64,000 nucleotides of DNA from Antechinus flavipes (GCF_016432865.1 NC_067398.1:85622001-85686000), one strand, 5' to 3'; shown: positions 1 to 13,488, counted from the stretch's first letter. Made by a program: numbers and translations. The notes: generated from the letters alone by a model not told the origin.

Positions 1-529
1 TCCCCCAAATCCCATAAAATATCCCACTCTCCCATAAAATGACCACATCTGACAATATATACTATATTCTGACCTAATAGTCTGCTACCTTTTCTATCTT
101 CAGTGGAAAGATAGAGTTCCATTGCTTTTTGTTGGTCAGTTTACTAATTTTTCAGTTATTCAGCAATTGATTTCCTTATAGTGATCTTTTAATTTATATT
201 AATCTCTGATTTTTGTTAATTTCACTTTTCATTAATTTACATAAATCTAATGTTTCTCAGTTTTCCTTTTAATTTTAATTTACTAATACATAAAAAGATT
301 ACATTACATTTTTATACTATCTCTATATTCTATCAACCATTCCTTAGAAGCCAGACTAAGAAGAACCAGAAACTCTGAAAAAAGAAATTCTGAAGATCCA
401 CATTATGCTACTGAGGGATGGCACAGGAGACAAAGGAGAGAAAGCTTATGCATTCCAGTGTGCTATGCACCAAATGCATCAACCCCATTAGGAATTAATT
501 TTTTTTTTAAGGCCTTAGGTCCCGAAGAT

Positions 530-1200
530 CACAGACTATCAGAGTTGGAAGTGGCCATCTGATCCATCCTGTATCCTCAAAAAGATCCTTACTACACCAT
601 GTCTAAAAAATGGCTATTCAACCTTCTCTTATAGATCTTCAGTGAAGGGGACCCCACTGCCTCCTGAGGCAACCCATTCTGTTTTTAGAGAGAGCTAATT
701 ATTCTGGAGCTTTTCCTGACATCCAACCTAAATTTGCCTCTTTGCTGCTTCTACCCATTGCTCTTGGTTCTGCCCTGTGGGACCAAATGTAATTGAACTA
801 ATTATTCTTTCACAGTATTACCCTCCAAGTCCTTGAAGACATTTATCTTGTTCCTCTGAGTCTCCTCTTCTCCTCAACATCTCCAATTTCTTCAACTAGC
901 ATATAACATGGAGTCAAAACCCTTTTCTATTTTACTTACCAGCCTCTGTACATTCTCCAGCTTATTACTATTTCTCTTCAACTGTGACTAAAGACAATAT
1001 TCATGGAATGGTCTGACAAAGACAGAGTTCAGTGGGACTATCATCTCCTCATTCTTGAAAGCAATGTCTCTCTCATTGCAGCCCAATATTAAATTAGTTT
1101 TTTGGATACAAGGTTATAGAATTTTATATTGAGTATGTCATCCACTAAAAACCTGTTAAGCAAGCTGTTGAGCCCCAAGTAAGACTTTTGCCTCTATTAA
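530..1200. mobile_element. Degraded L3/CR1-type LINE fragment
   Basis: Recalled L3/MIR3-like motifs (cacagactatcagagttggaag..., ccaacctaaatttgcctct...ccattgctcttggttctgccc); boundaries approximate. Confidence 0.55.
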
Positions 1201-2046
1201 AATTTATCTTACTAGATTCAGTCCAAAATTTTAGCCATTCTAGCCATTCTAGACATTTTTAGAGCCTTACCTTGTCTCCAACTTATATCAGTTATCCCTC
1301 TCAGTCTTTTGTCATCTGAAAATTCGATAAGAATAATGTCTTTGCTGAAACCATTAATAAAAATGTTAACTTTAACATCAAGTATTTATCCCTGGGCTAC
1401 TCTATTGGAAACTTCTCTCCAATTACTATCAAAATATTAATGATCCTTTGAGTCTTGCCATTCAATGAGTTCCAAATTCAATTGATCATATTATTTTTAG
1501 TCCACATTTCTCAGACTTGCTGGTAGGAAACCAAGACTTTTAATTCTCAAATCATTAAGCTGGTTTTAAGTGAACAACACAGGTGGGCAGAAAAAATAAG
1601 TCAGGTCATATAATAGAGGTGTCACTTGGTCAGGGCATCATGGATGTGTTAAATGATCAGGTGGCCACATAGTCTTTCAGTTAGTAAGTCAATAAAGTAG
1701 AGGAAATTGCCAGTTGCAGAAAGCTGCAAATAGGAATTGAAATGACAAATGAGATATATGAGCAGCAGATGTCCAAAGCTGCAAAGAGTTTGCCCTCTTC
1801 TTAACTTTCCTAATAGGAAATTGGAAAAGATATCAAGCAAACTTCCTTCCTATCCTATCTTGGGGAAGATGGAGAATGGTTGCTAAGAGTATTTCTATAA
1901 TTTTGTATGTTTGTTTTCCCCCATTTTCTGCCCTCTTAAGTGCTTTTGCTAGTTCTATGCTATGTCCAAAAAGGGAATCGAATTCTTGGCAAACAATTGG
2001 TTCCCTTTTCACAAGATGAGTGTTTGCTTTAAGAAGAGGTTGCGTC

Positions 2047-2935
2047 AATTAAGACAACTCTGAGGTACCCCTACACACCTCTCAGATTGATTAAGATGAC
2101 AGGAAAAGATAATGATGAATGTTGGAGGGGATGTGGAAAAACTGGGACACTAATACATTATTGGTGAAACTGTGAACTGATCCAACCATGGAGAGAAATT
2201 TGGAACTAAATCCAAAGGACTATCACAATGTACATACCCTTAGATCCAGCAGTGTCTCTACTAGGCTTGTGTCCTAAAGAGATCTTAAAGGAGGGAAAGG
2301 GACCTACGTGTGCAAAAATGTTTGTGGCAGCCCTTTTTGTAGTAACAAGAAACTGGAAACTGAATGGATGCCTATCAATTGGAGAATGGCTGGGTAAATT
2401 GTGGTATATGAATGTTATGGAATATTATTGTTCTATGAGAAACAACAAGCAGAATGATTTCAGAGAGGCCTGGAGAGACATGAAATGAGCAGAATCAGGA
2501 GATCATTGTACATACTAACAGCAAGATTATACGATGATTGATTCTGATGGACGCGGCTCTTTTCAACAAGAGATGATTGATGCCAGTTCCAGTGATCTTG
2601 TGACGAAGAGAGCCTTCTACATCCAGAGATGTGGAGACTGAGTGTGGATTACAACATAGTATTTTCAATCTATTTATTATTGTTTGCTTGCATTTTGTTT
2701 TCTTTCTCTTTTTTTTTTTCCTTTTTGATCTGATTTTTCTTGTGTACCATGATAATTGTAGAAATATGTATAGAAGAATTACACATGTTTAACATATATT
2801 GGATTACTTGTCATCTAGGGGATGAGGGGAAAGGAGGGAAAAATTTTGGAACACAAAGTTTTGCAGGTATGAATATTGAAAATTATCTATGCAAATTTTT
2901 AGAAAATAAAAAGCTTTAATAAAAAATTAAAAAAG
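2047..2935 (+). mobile_element. 5'-truncated L1 (ORF2 C-terminus, 3'UTR, A-rich tail)
   Basis: ORF 2228-2488 reads [34 protein letters not shown], typical of the L1 ORF2 C-terminus; AATAAA and A-tail at about 2905-2935. Confidence 0.9.
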
Positions 2936-3866
2936 AAGACTTTGCATGAACATTCTTCAGAGATGATATAAAGATTCTTGTATTGGTATGGATTGAACTG
3001 ACCAGGTCACTCCTAACTCTAATAGTCTTGATTTTAAACACATTATCTTTTGAGGGGGCTTTCAGTATGTGAAATGAGGAGTGGGTAGAAATGGGAAGAC
3101 AGTACTTACCCACAAAATGAATCCCACTTGAGAAGCCAAGAAAAATATTCTAATAAAAAGGATATTCGAACAAAATTATGTATGAAGACCATAAAATTAC
3201 AATATTTCCAGGTTTGAATCATGTTATACCCTCTTTCCTGTAAAGGAAAATCAGCCCTCACCTTGTCCATACACTTTTCAAAAAGAAAAATATACTTTAA
3301 AATAATTTAAAATCATTTGTAAGATAGGGAATACATAAACACAAGGTCATTATTATTGTCCAGAATGAGTGAAAAATAATAGAAAAAATGCTGGCCCATC
3401 ATTTTAATACATTTAATATGTTCTAAGCATGCTATATAAATGAATTATGGAATTCTACCCTCTGAAAAAAAGCAACTCCAAGATCAGTCAAAGAGAAATG
3501 GCAAGATGCATTGTAGCCAGGAGTAGATGGCAATATTCCCAAAGAAGTGTAGCTCAGGAGTTTATGCATGCCAGATATACATATGAACTCTTTGCCTTTG
3601 GTGTGTGCATAAAAATGCCGAATATTTTAGTGCAGCTGTCTCTGTTAATGCATTTCAGACCCAGAATCCTAAGGACTATAGCCTGTATATGTGCATATAA
3701 GACCTCAAATGCAGGAGTGCTATGGTCTGTGATTATGCATGTCCATCCCAAGATTCAAGGATAAATAGAGCGTGGATATGGCAGAAAAGGATTAAAGGGC
3801 AGTCTGAAGAGAGCTGTTATTTCTCTGAGCCAACCATACACTTTTTAAATTCTCTTCCTGTCTGCT

Positions 3867-3954
3867 TGTTTACTGTGTATTCTCTCTTTGCCTTTTGCTC
3901 AATAATCTCAAAGTCCAGCATTTGCCTCACTATCTAATCAAGGTTGTTATTTAC
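3867..3954. promoter_or_regulatory. Candidate hepatocyte-type enhancer motif cluster (FOXA x2, C/EBP, HNF4)
   Basis: TGTTTAC 3867-3873, TTGCTCAAT 3895-3903, CAAAGTCCA 3909-3917, TATTTAC 3948-3954, in apparently non-repetitive DNA; motif match only. Confidence 0.4.
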
Positions 3955-4687
3955 TAATGTCATTTATGACCCCATCCTGACGTTTCTTTTTGCACTTAGA
4001 ACAAATTTTACTCTCTCCTTCTTATTTTAGGTCAATTGATTGTACACCATGTTAAAAAGATAACTAGTCTAATGGAAAAGGCCCTTTAAAAGGGAAGAGA
4101 ATCTAGGTTCTGATTATCAACACTACTTTTATTAGCTGCATGACTCAGTTTCCTTATCTGTCAATTGAGAATAACTCACTACCATCTTAGGGCTAGTATA
4201 AGAATCACATGAGCATTAGCTCATGTAGGCAAAAGAGCTCTGAAAGTTAGTCACATATTCCTTTCTCATATAGTTATATTATTTCAGCAAGCATTTATTA
4301 AGCGCAGATTATGAGTAACTAGATATTCACCTAACAAACAATACATATATTGTTTTATAGACATTATTAGAATGAGCATTAGATTTAAAGAAGAAGACCT
4401 AAATTTGTAATCCAACTTCATTATTTACTGCTTTTCTGACTTTGGACAAAGCAATTCATCCCTCTGCCTCAGTTTTTTCACCTATAAAATGAAATGGATT
4501 AAATGATGTGATGTCAATTCTCCCTTCTAACTTTGAGATTAAGATGAAAATAGTTCCTGTCCTCAAGGAGCAAAGATTTCACCAATCAGTCCCTTTGATA
4601 TTATATCAAATATAAGGAATTTAAGGTCCACAATGCAAATAATCACAGAACTTCCTTACAGAATTTGAAATGGGCTGCTGACTGAGG

Positions 4688-4930
4688 GAGAACAGTAAGA
4701 TGGCCCAGTGGATAGAGTGCCAGGCCTAAAGTCAGGAAAACTCATCCAGTTTAAATTTGATTTCAGATACTTACTAGCAATTTGACCCTAGGGAGTCACT
4801 CAACTTGTGGTCTTAGTTCCTCATCTATAAATTGGGCTGGAGAAGGAAATGACTAATGACTGCATTATCTTTGTCAAGAAAACCCCCAAATGGAATCACA
4901 AAAAATTGAAAACAACAAAATGACAACAAG
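4688..4930 (+). mobile_element. MAR1/MIR-type CORE-SINE
   Basis: tRNA-derived head (cagtggatagagtgccaggcct..agtcagga), CORE segment, and ggagaaggaaatg...caagaaaacccc tail ending in (caa)n. Confidence 0.8.
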
Positions 4931-5819
4931 GAATGGCTGAGGATTTGAGAGATTTTAAAAATTATAATGTCGAAGAAAGATAATTTAGTTTCTTAGTCAT
5001 AAAAGATTTACAGACTAAACGCCAGGTAAAATAGATTGACCTTTGAAGCCTCTAACCTCAGGATATTCAATATCATAGGATCACGGATTGAGAACTAAGA
5101 GGAACCTTAGAAGTCTAGACTTCTCATTTTATAGACCGGAAACTAAAGCCTAGATTTGTCCAAGGTCATATCTCTTTTTCCTAAGGACCAGATCCCCCCT
5201 CTCCCTTATTCCACCTTCCTCAGCAAAGAGTTAGAGCTGAGTATATTCCATGGGTCCAGTTGAAACTGCCTTGGCTGGAGAGTGTGTGTTTGTGGAGTAA
5301 GGAAGAGGAAAGTCATTACTGAGGATTTCTTACATAAGGAAGTGCCAGAAATATGCTACAAGTTAGTAACTAGGTTAAAAAGTTGATCTGGAGGCCCAGA
5401 GAAAGAAAGCAGTGTCTAGAAGAAAAGCAGAGACAGCTTCCGAGATGAGGTGAAAAAAAATAATGGTACAGGGTCACCTTGCAGAGTCCAATTGCTATAG
5501 AAGTCTGAATTTCATACAGTTTGGTCAATTTGCAGCACTCTAGTTTCTGCAGGGTTAAAAATGTTTTGTCTAGGATCTTCAGGTCCTTCTATAGTCATTA
5601 CAACTCGAGAGCTCCTAATGCTACCACTGTCCACCTATAATTCTCTATAGAAATAGTCCATCTTTAAGCAGTGAGACTGAGGCTGATCTGAAGCCACCAG
5701 GAAGCTTGGCTAGATTAACTTGGTCAATGAACAGGTTTTTATCGAGTGTTTTCTATGTGCCAGAGAACTGGGGATGCACAGGAAAAAAAAAGGAAAGAAA
5801 GCAAAAACAGCCCCTAACT

Positions 5820-6305
5820 TTTCAGAAAAACCTGGAAATACTTATATGAACTGATTCTGAGTGAGGTGAGCAGAACCAGGAGAATGTTGTACACAGTAAC
5901 AACACTGTGTGCTGATCAACTTTGATAGACTTAACTCGTCTTAGCAACACAATGATTTAAGAGAATTCCAAAAGATTCATGATGAAAAATGCTATCCACA
6001 TCCAGAAAAAAAAAAAAAAAAACCTATGGATTCTGAATGCAAACCACCATCACTTTTTTTTTCTTGTGGTTTTTCCCTTTTGTTCTGATTCTTCTTTTAC
6101 AACATGACTAGTGTGGAAATATGTTTAATATAATTGTACATGTATAGCCTATGTCAGAATGCTTGCTATCTTAGAGGAGAAGGAAGAATGGGGGGAAATT
6201 TGGTACTCAAATCTTATAAAAATGAATGTTGAAAACTATCTTTACATGTAATTGGAAAAAATAAAATACTAAATGGAAAATTTTTAAATAAAAAAATAAA
6301 AAATA
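5820..6305 (+). mobile_element. L1 3' fragment
   Basis: gaactgattctgagtgaggtgagcagaaccaggaga ORF2-end motif followed by 3'UTR and A-rich tail. Confidence 0.8.
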
Positions 6306-6540
6306 AAACATTCAAACAAAAATAATACACTTAGGAGGCTACTAGCAACCTCTGACAACTCTCTGTCCTCAAGGAGCTTACATTCCAAGGCAGGAGACAA
6401 CATATGCAAATAAATACATATAAGATAAATAGAGGAGCTAGAAGATAATCATAGAGAAGGATGGCATTAGCAGCACAAATAACTTTTGAGGTACCTTTTA
6501 GTTCTAGGTCTATGATCCTGTGTTCTTCTAGAATCTAGAG

Positions 6541-6751
6541 TAGGGGTAGGGAATCTTTTTCTGCTAAGGTCCATTTAGATATTTATAACATCATTCACTT
6601 GCTATACATTATCAATTTACAGAACTCAAGCAGTGGGAGGTTGTTGTACTTAGCTTTCAGTTCATCATCACCTTCAATTGCCTTGGCAGGGTCAGACAAA
6701 ATGATTTCATGGGCCTTATAAGGCCTGCAGGCTGGATTCTTCCCACCCCTG
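6541..6751. mobile_element. hAT (Charlie-type) MITE, 211 bp
   Basis: Terminal inverted repeats TAGGGGTAGGGAA / TTCCCACCCCTG; 8-bp TSD ATCTAGAG (6533-6540) / ATCTAGAC (6752-6759) matching the NTCTAGAN target preference. Confidence 0.85.
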
Positions 6752-7269
6752 ATCTAGACAATCAGAATTTATTCTGGTCTTGTGTTACCAGAAATACTAT
6801 GATTAATAATGTTAATTTACATTTGTGTAATACAGAGAAAATACTGCCGAATGAATTATCTCCATTTTAATATAAGTAAAAGGAGATTCAAAGAAGTTGA
6901 ATTATTTGACAAGGGTCACAAAGCTCTAAAAAAAAAGTGTCAGTTCTAGGACTTTGTACCCAAATCATCTGAAGCAGAGGCTTTTTTTCCTCTATCACCT
7001 CTGACTGTCTGTAAGGAGAGAAGGCTCCCTCTGGGGACAGGACAGGAATAAAACATCTCAGTTTTCACAGTTGGCTGGCAGAACACCCTTCTTTAGTGTT
7101 TCAGCAACATTGCTCCAGCAGTCTGACCTTGGATGTTTGACCTATTCCTGGTCTACACCTTCTGGACAGGATTGTACCAGTATACTTGAGCAAGGCCACT
7201 GCTCCATGTTTGACTCCACTTGCTACTATCAAACAACCATGTACTATAGCCCTGTCTTGTCCAAGACAG

Positions 7270-8000
7270 CCCAAAGAAGAGGAGCAAGAGAAGGTGGTGC
7301 TTCTGAAACTGAGGAAGGGGAGACTGTCCAGAAAGAAAGAATATCAGTCATATATTGTAAATGGTCAAGGAAGATGAGAACAATGGATGCAAAAGCCATT
7401 GGATTGGATTTGACACTTAGGAGACTACTAGCAATCTAACAATCCAACTCAATAGCTCGGGGGAGGGCAGAAGCCAGATTACAAGTCATTAAGGTGAGCA
7501 GGCAGGAGGGTCTTGAGCATTCATTCTAGAAATGACCTCCAGTCTCAGAGGAGGAAGTACCCTTCCAACTTTCTGAGTAGGTCTTTTTCCCTTTGCATTT
7601 ATATTTTCTTCCTTGGTGACCCTGTCCTATTCCTTGGTTATTCCCTGCCGACCTTTGGATGATTCAGTATAGACTACTGGGTTCAAATGTGGCTTCAGAT
7701 ACTTACTAGCTATATGATTCCAGACAAGTCACTTAAGTGACTGGAAAAAAGAACAAAAGGATGAAAGCTGACATAAAGATGTTGAGGAAGAAAAGAGGAA
7801 AAAAGAGGGAGCTTACAAGTGGTGGCCCAGATTTTCACAGTAATGTAGTTTATAGAGGTCATTTGCCAAGATTTAAATAGGGCAGAATGAAATACAGGAG
7901 ACTGGGCTCCTGAGGAAGATAGAGTTTTAAATAGTTATGTTGAGGAGTGTATGAGGGAATGAAAAAGAGGAACGAAGGGATGAAAAAATAAAAGCCTGAG
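7270..8000 (-). mobile_element. Degraded L2 fragment(s) with an internal MIR-like piece (about 7675-7745)
   Basis: Recalled L2 antisense motifs (ggagggcagaagccagattacaag, ggattggatttgac); boundaries approximate. Confidence 0.5.
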
Positions 8001-8559
8001 CAAAATGCAGGGCTTACAGGGGAGCTTGGCCCCCTCTCTCTGAGCCATGTTTATTCCCAGTGAATGATTTCCTATTTGCCTTTGAGTATACAAGTGCCCT
8101 GTGCCAAAACTGATTTTGAGTCGTATTAGAAAAGATTCTGTTCTCACCCAGATGAGACATGGACAAGATGTGAAGAATGATTCATCTCTGTGGCTGGGAG
8201 CCCAAAAGAAATTAGACTTTAGATCATTGAGACACTAACATTGGGTATGCACAATGAGTGATCACAGATAAGGAACAGATGTCAAGTTTTTCCAGAATAC
8301 CACACTATTTAACCAAGCTCATGGGGCATGTTTCTGGGTTCTGCTGTTTCTCTTTCTGATTGCTTTTTCATTCGCCAGGATGGAGCATTAGCTCACTCTT
8401 TTCTTCTAGATCTGTTTATTATTGTGAATATTACTATTGACATCATTGTCATCATTATTATATTAATAATAATAATGAAATCAGTAAGGTTATTCACAAG
8501 ATGGGTGTAGCTGATGCTTATTTAGCACTTTAAGATTTTCATATATATATATATGTCAT

Positions 8560-8790
8560 TTGTTTAGAGCTGAAAGGGACCTTTTTGTTGTTTTTGAGTT
8601 GTGTCTAATTCTTTGAGACCCCATTTGGGATTTTCTTGGCAGAGATACTGCAGTGGTATGCCATTTTCTGCTCCAGTCAATTTTACAGATGAGGAAACTG
8701 AGGCAAACATAGTTAAGTGACTTACACAGGTGGTAATTATCTAAGGCTAGATTTGAACTCAGAGAGTGGCCTATCCACTGAGCCACCTGG
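8560..8790 (-). mobile_element. MAR1-type CORE-SINE
   Basis: accccatttgggattttcttggcagagatactg...gaggaaactgaggcaaac..ttaagtgacttac...ctatccactgagccacctggct. Confidence 0.8.
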
Positions 8791-10049
8791 CTCTCCTTCA
8801 GTTCTGAGGAACCTTAGAGATGATCTCATCTAACTTGTTCATTCTACAGAGGAAAGTGAGGTTAAAGTCCTGGCCATGGATACATACCTAGGTTGACATG
8901 AATATGGCCATGACGGCTCAATCAATTGTTATTTATGAAAGTAATGGAATAGTATTGTATCACAGAAAGTGAAAAAGAAAAATTCAAAGAAACTTGGAAA
9001 GACTTACAATATTCCATACAGAACAGATCCAAGAGACCATCCTAACCTAAAAGGAAACACCTCAAAAACACATACATTTAATGACCATTCTTGATTCCAG
9101 AAGATCAATGAAACACACCTCTCTCCTCTTAGATCTCTCTTCCTTTTTCAGCCAAATTCGTTGCCACCCTGGACCAAGTTCTTTATCACCTCCCTGATGA
9201 TGGCTATTACAATAATTTCCTAATTGATCTCTCTACCTTTCTGCCTTTTAAAAATTCTAATCTATTGTCCAAAGATTCACCATGTCACTCCCTATTTAGT
9301 AAATATTGAGTCCCTATTACCTGTGGGATCAAATCTAAACTCTCTTTACCTTTAAAATTCTAGCCCTTTCCTACACTCTTCTTAGGTTCCCAATGCCTGA
9401 AAAGCTCTCTGGCTTTAAAACATCTGAGCATTCTCCTAAAATGGGAACAGGGCACTTCCATTATATGTTATCATGCTTTTCTGGAAGCAGGTGCCTTACA
9501 CATACACATTAGCTCCCCTGTTAGAACGTAAGCTCTTCTGTGCATTAATAGAACCATTCTGGAAAGCATTTTGTAATTAGTTACACAAGTAAATTGGCTA
9601 AAATAGCCACACCCTTAAAACCAGAGATTCAACTGTTAGGCATAAAGAGGCTGTTGATTATAAGAGAGGAGGGCAAGTCATGCTCAATAAAATATTTATG
9701 GCAGCACCTTTTCTGTGATAATACAGAATCACAATGTAGCTACTTCTCAATTGGGGAAGAACTAAATTTTGGTACATTCATGTAATGAAAACATTACTGT
9801 GTTGTAAAAAATGAAATATATAATGAAAGCAGGGAGCCATGGAAACTCTTATATGAATGATACAAAGTGAAATAATTAAAAACAAGGAAACAGTAATGTA
9901 ATGCAATGTACAGTAATGTAAAAAGAACCACCACCACAAAACAATTTTTTAAAATGTGGCAAAACGAGAAAGAAAAAGTTTGGCCTTAAAAAAGGAAAAA
10001 AAAAAAAAAACAATAAATACATCTGCTTCTACTCTTTTAAAAAAATATT

Positions 10050-10930
10050 TTATTTTTCCCCCATTCCATTTTTTTAATCCCCTTCCCTGAGACAGTAAGC
10101 AATCTGATATAGATTATACAGTGTGAAATCATATAAAACATTTCCATAGAAGTCATTTTGTACAAAAAGACTTGAACTTTTAAAAAAGAGAGAGGGAAAA
10201 AAAGGAAGGATTGTGGGGAGAAAGAGAGAAAAGGAGAAAGAAAGAAAAAGGGAGGGAAGAAGGGAGGAAGGGAGGGAGAAGGAAGAAAAAGAGAAAATAG
10301 TATGCTTTAATCTGTATTCAAACAACATCAATTCTTTCTCTGGAAGCAGGTAACATGTTTGATAATGAATATTTGAGTTTGTCTTGTATCACTGTACTGC
10401 TGAAAATAGCTGTCATTCATAGCTCTCTTCAACGATGATATGAACCAAATCAGTTCCAGTTGTTCAATAATGAATAGAACTAGCTACACCCAACGAAAGA
10501 ACTCTGGGAAAGGAGTGTGAATCACTACATAGCATTTCCAATCCCTCTATTTTTGTCCGCCTGCATTTTTTATTTCCTTCACAGGTTAATTGTACATTAT
10601 TTCAAATTCCAATTCTTGTGCAGCAAAATAACTGTATGGATATATATACATATATTGTATTTAACATACACTTTAACATATTTAATATGTATTGGTCTAC
10701 CTGCCATATGAGGGAGGAGAAAAATTGGACAAAAAGTTTTGCAATTGTCAATGCTGAAAAATTACCCATGCATATATCTTGTAAATAAAAAGCTATAATA
10801 AAAAGAGAATAACTGTCATTCATAGTTCTTCATTGTACAGTATTGCAGTTGATGTACAGCGTTCTACTCACTTCACTCTGCTTCAGTTCATTTAAGTCTT
10901 TCCAGATTTTTCTGTGATCTCATTCTTCAG
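10050..10930 (-). mobile_element. Older L1 3'-end fragment interrupted by a younger L1
   Basis: Antisense L1 3'UTR text on both sides of 10423-10807; includes a purine-rich tract at about 10190-10300. Confidence 0.7.
10423..10807 (+). mobile_element. Younger L1 3' end with 18-bp TSD
   Basis: TSD aata(g/a)ctgtcattcatag at 10405-10422 and 10808-10825; AATAAA and A-tail before the second copy. Confidence 0.85.
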
Positions 10931-13434
10931 AGGTATGAAAGGGGTTCACAAATATGGAACATTGCATATGTCAGATTTTTTTCAATGTTTGATCATTTTT
11001 GCTATTTTTCCCTCTCATCTCTTTTCTTAAAAAGACTCTCTAAGCGAGAAAGACATAAAAGGAGAAATTCAGGTGATGTAAAAAACAAAAGATGTTTAAA
11101 AAATATGTTAAGGACATGGTTTTACTTTAGTCTTTGAATTCATAGCAATTAACCTAGTACTTGGCACATAGAGGCACTTCATAAATTCTTTTTTGATTGA
11201 TTCGTGGGGGATCTATAGAAAAATGAGGATCATGTCATAGTGACAGTTCATTTTATTTTACTGTCCCTTACTTTAAGGAAAGCTTCTGATAACATTTTGG
11301 GGAGTGGGTTTTGGGAAATGAAAACGATGTTCCAAAAGTAAAGACATCTCTTAAACGTGATATGGATGGATGTGATTACAGAAAATGGCCTGGCATTCAT
11401 TTTTTGTATTCTGGAAAGTATGTCTATATCAGTGAGATTCCAGTGAGTTCCACTGCAATACTTGAGAATGAGGTTTGAAAAATTCCATTTCTTTATCTAC
11501 ATAAGGGCTTACCAGGGACATACCTTGCATATGTTAAAAAATGACAGCATTATGCAGGTATTTTCAGGGAGTCGTTTCATTTTTATTCTATTTAAGGAAA
11601 GATTTTAGTCCTGCTGAATCTACGTGCCACTTCTCATTTACTTCTGTTATCTGAGCAACTTTCAAAACAAACAGGGGTGCAAAGGCTATGAGAATCAGAG
11701 TGCAAGCTAACTCTGGAATACACCTTGGTGCCTATACTGTTAGATTTCATATTATGCCATAGCAGGAACTCTTAAAATGGCTCAAGGGACCTATGAGGTA
11801 ACAATTCACACCTTTGTATTTTATAAGGTTTATATGTAGCTATTATCTCCTCTAACAAAACACTCTGTGAAGTGGGTGAGAGCAAGTTATCATTCCTGTT
11901 TTGTAAAAGAGCAAACTGAAAAGGTAAGAATGACAAGCCATCAGTCATTAGTTTCAAACCCAATCTGTCTCCAACACTTGTTTTCTCTCCATCAGAAAAT
12001 GCTTCCTGGTATCTTACTTAATGTTTATAATACAAATATCTCTCAATGCTTGGCAATAATTACTTGTGTAATCTAATTGAATTTAAGTTCCTTGAGGACA
12101 TTTTTATTTTTGAGGACATTTCCTAGTGCCTACCATAATACTTGACACATACAAGTTTAATAAATGCTTGCTTAATCCCTTCTTTATATCTCATCAGAAA
12201 CATTGCCATTCCCATTGGTACTAAGATTTTGGTTATCCATAACTACTCATCATATTAGTGTTTAAATTTTTACAGAGTATCCCCTGGGCCTTGTTTTCTC
12301 TATATACATTAATGGTGATCCCATCCTCTCTCATGATTCTAATTATCTCTAATATACTTACCTGAATGACCTATAAGGATTTCAACGAGTCCAAATAGAA
12401 TTATCTTCTTCCTTAACAAAATTTCCTTCCTCCAAATAATTGAGATATTTCTATTAGAGGCAACCATACTCCTAGAGTTATATGTGACTTTCCTTTCTCC
12501 CTCAAAGCCCATATCCAACCAGTGGCCAAGTCTTGTCAGTTCAACCTCTAAGACATCTCCTCTACTTGCCCTAGTTCAGGATCTCATCATTTTTCATTTG
12601 GATTATTTTAAAAGCTCAGCTGGTCCAGATGCCTATAACTTTTCCCTCTTGTGGTGGTAGTGTGTGTGTGTGTGGTCAATCTCTTAACTTCCATCTCCAC
12701 TCAAATTAAAGTTGTCTTTTCTCAAAATAATCATTGATTGGAACAGAAGATTTAAAGTTTGAGTCACTGATGCAACTTTCTGTTCATTGGAGCACCAAAA
12801 AATTCGAACACTGGAGCCTAGATCCCTTTCCTGAGGAAGAATGAGGAGCTGTGCACAACTGAATCTGGGTTTCTGGTTTTTCATTTCTTCCTTATTGTAT
12901 ATAAGTATAATTTCACTTGTCAACTTTAGACAGAGTATGAATATCTCATTATTTCAATTGGGAAAGAAACCACCTTCTGGTGATCTTCCTGGGAGAAAAA
13001 ACGAATGAAATGGTGTTATTTGGGATCTGGCAGAATAGTAGAGAGAAAGCTGGAATTGCAGGTCCTAGGGTTAATCCCAGCTCTGCTTTTTATTAGCTTA
13101 TTGCTAGTCATTAAGCAAAAGTCACATAACAAGCATTTGTCAAGCACTTATTAGATTCCAGGCATTGCACAAAGCATTAAGCATATATTATGAAGTGCAA
13201 AAGCATGATCTCTTTCCTTAAGGAAACATATTAGAATGTATCTTCCACATTCCAACAAAGGAACGAGTACACAAAAAAGTGTATATATAATGTAAATAGA
13301 AACTACTTATGTGTATGTGTGTATGCTAGAAAAGATGAAGTTTATTATTTTACTGAAAATTTCCTTAAAGGCACAACTATTTTAATCTTGGGTGTTTCCA
13401 CAAGGGAGGGAAGTGACTGAGAGTGAGAGTGTGA

Positions 13435-13436
<2 letters not shown>

Positions 13437-13479
<43 letters not shown>

Positions 13480-13488
13480 TGTGTGTGT
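13437..13488. repeat. (TG)n microsatellite in the presumed PGAP4 3'UTR
   Basis: Direct read of the gtgtgt run. Confidence 0.95.

Noticed and set aside
1649-2048. Two adjacent minus-strand ORFs (63 and 71 aa)
   Set aside because: No recognisable homology (not ALDOB), no convincing splice sites, and one depends on a non-ATG start; likely chance
1-4000. ALDOB exons or proximal promoter expected from human synteny
   Set aside because: No aldolase-coding sequence or recognisable promoter found; the gene presumably lies outside the window
7071-7439. 122-aa plus-strand ORF
   Set aside because: TTG start; the second half lies in an antisense L2 remnant; no domain similarity
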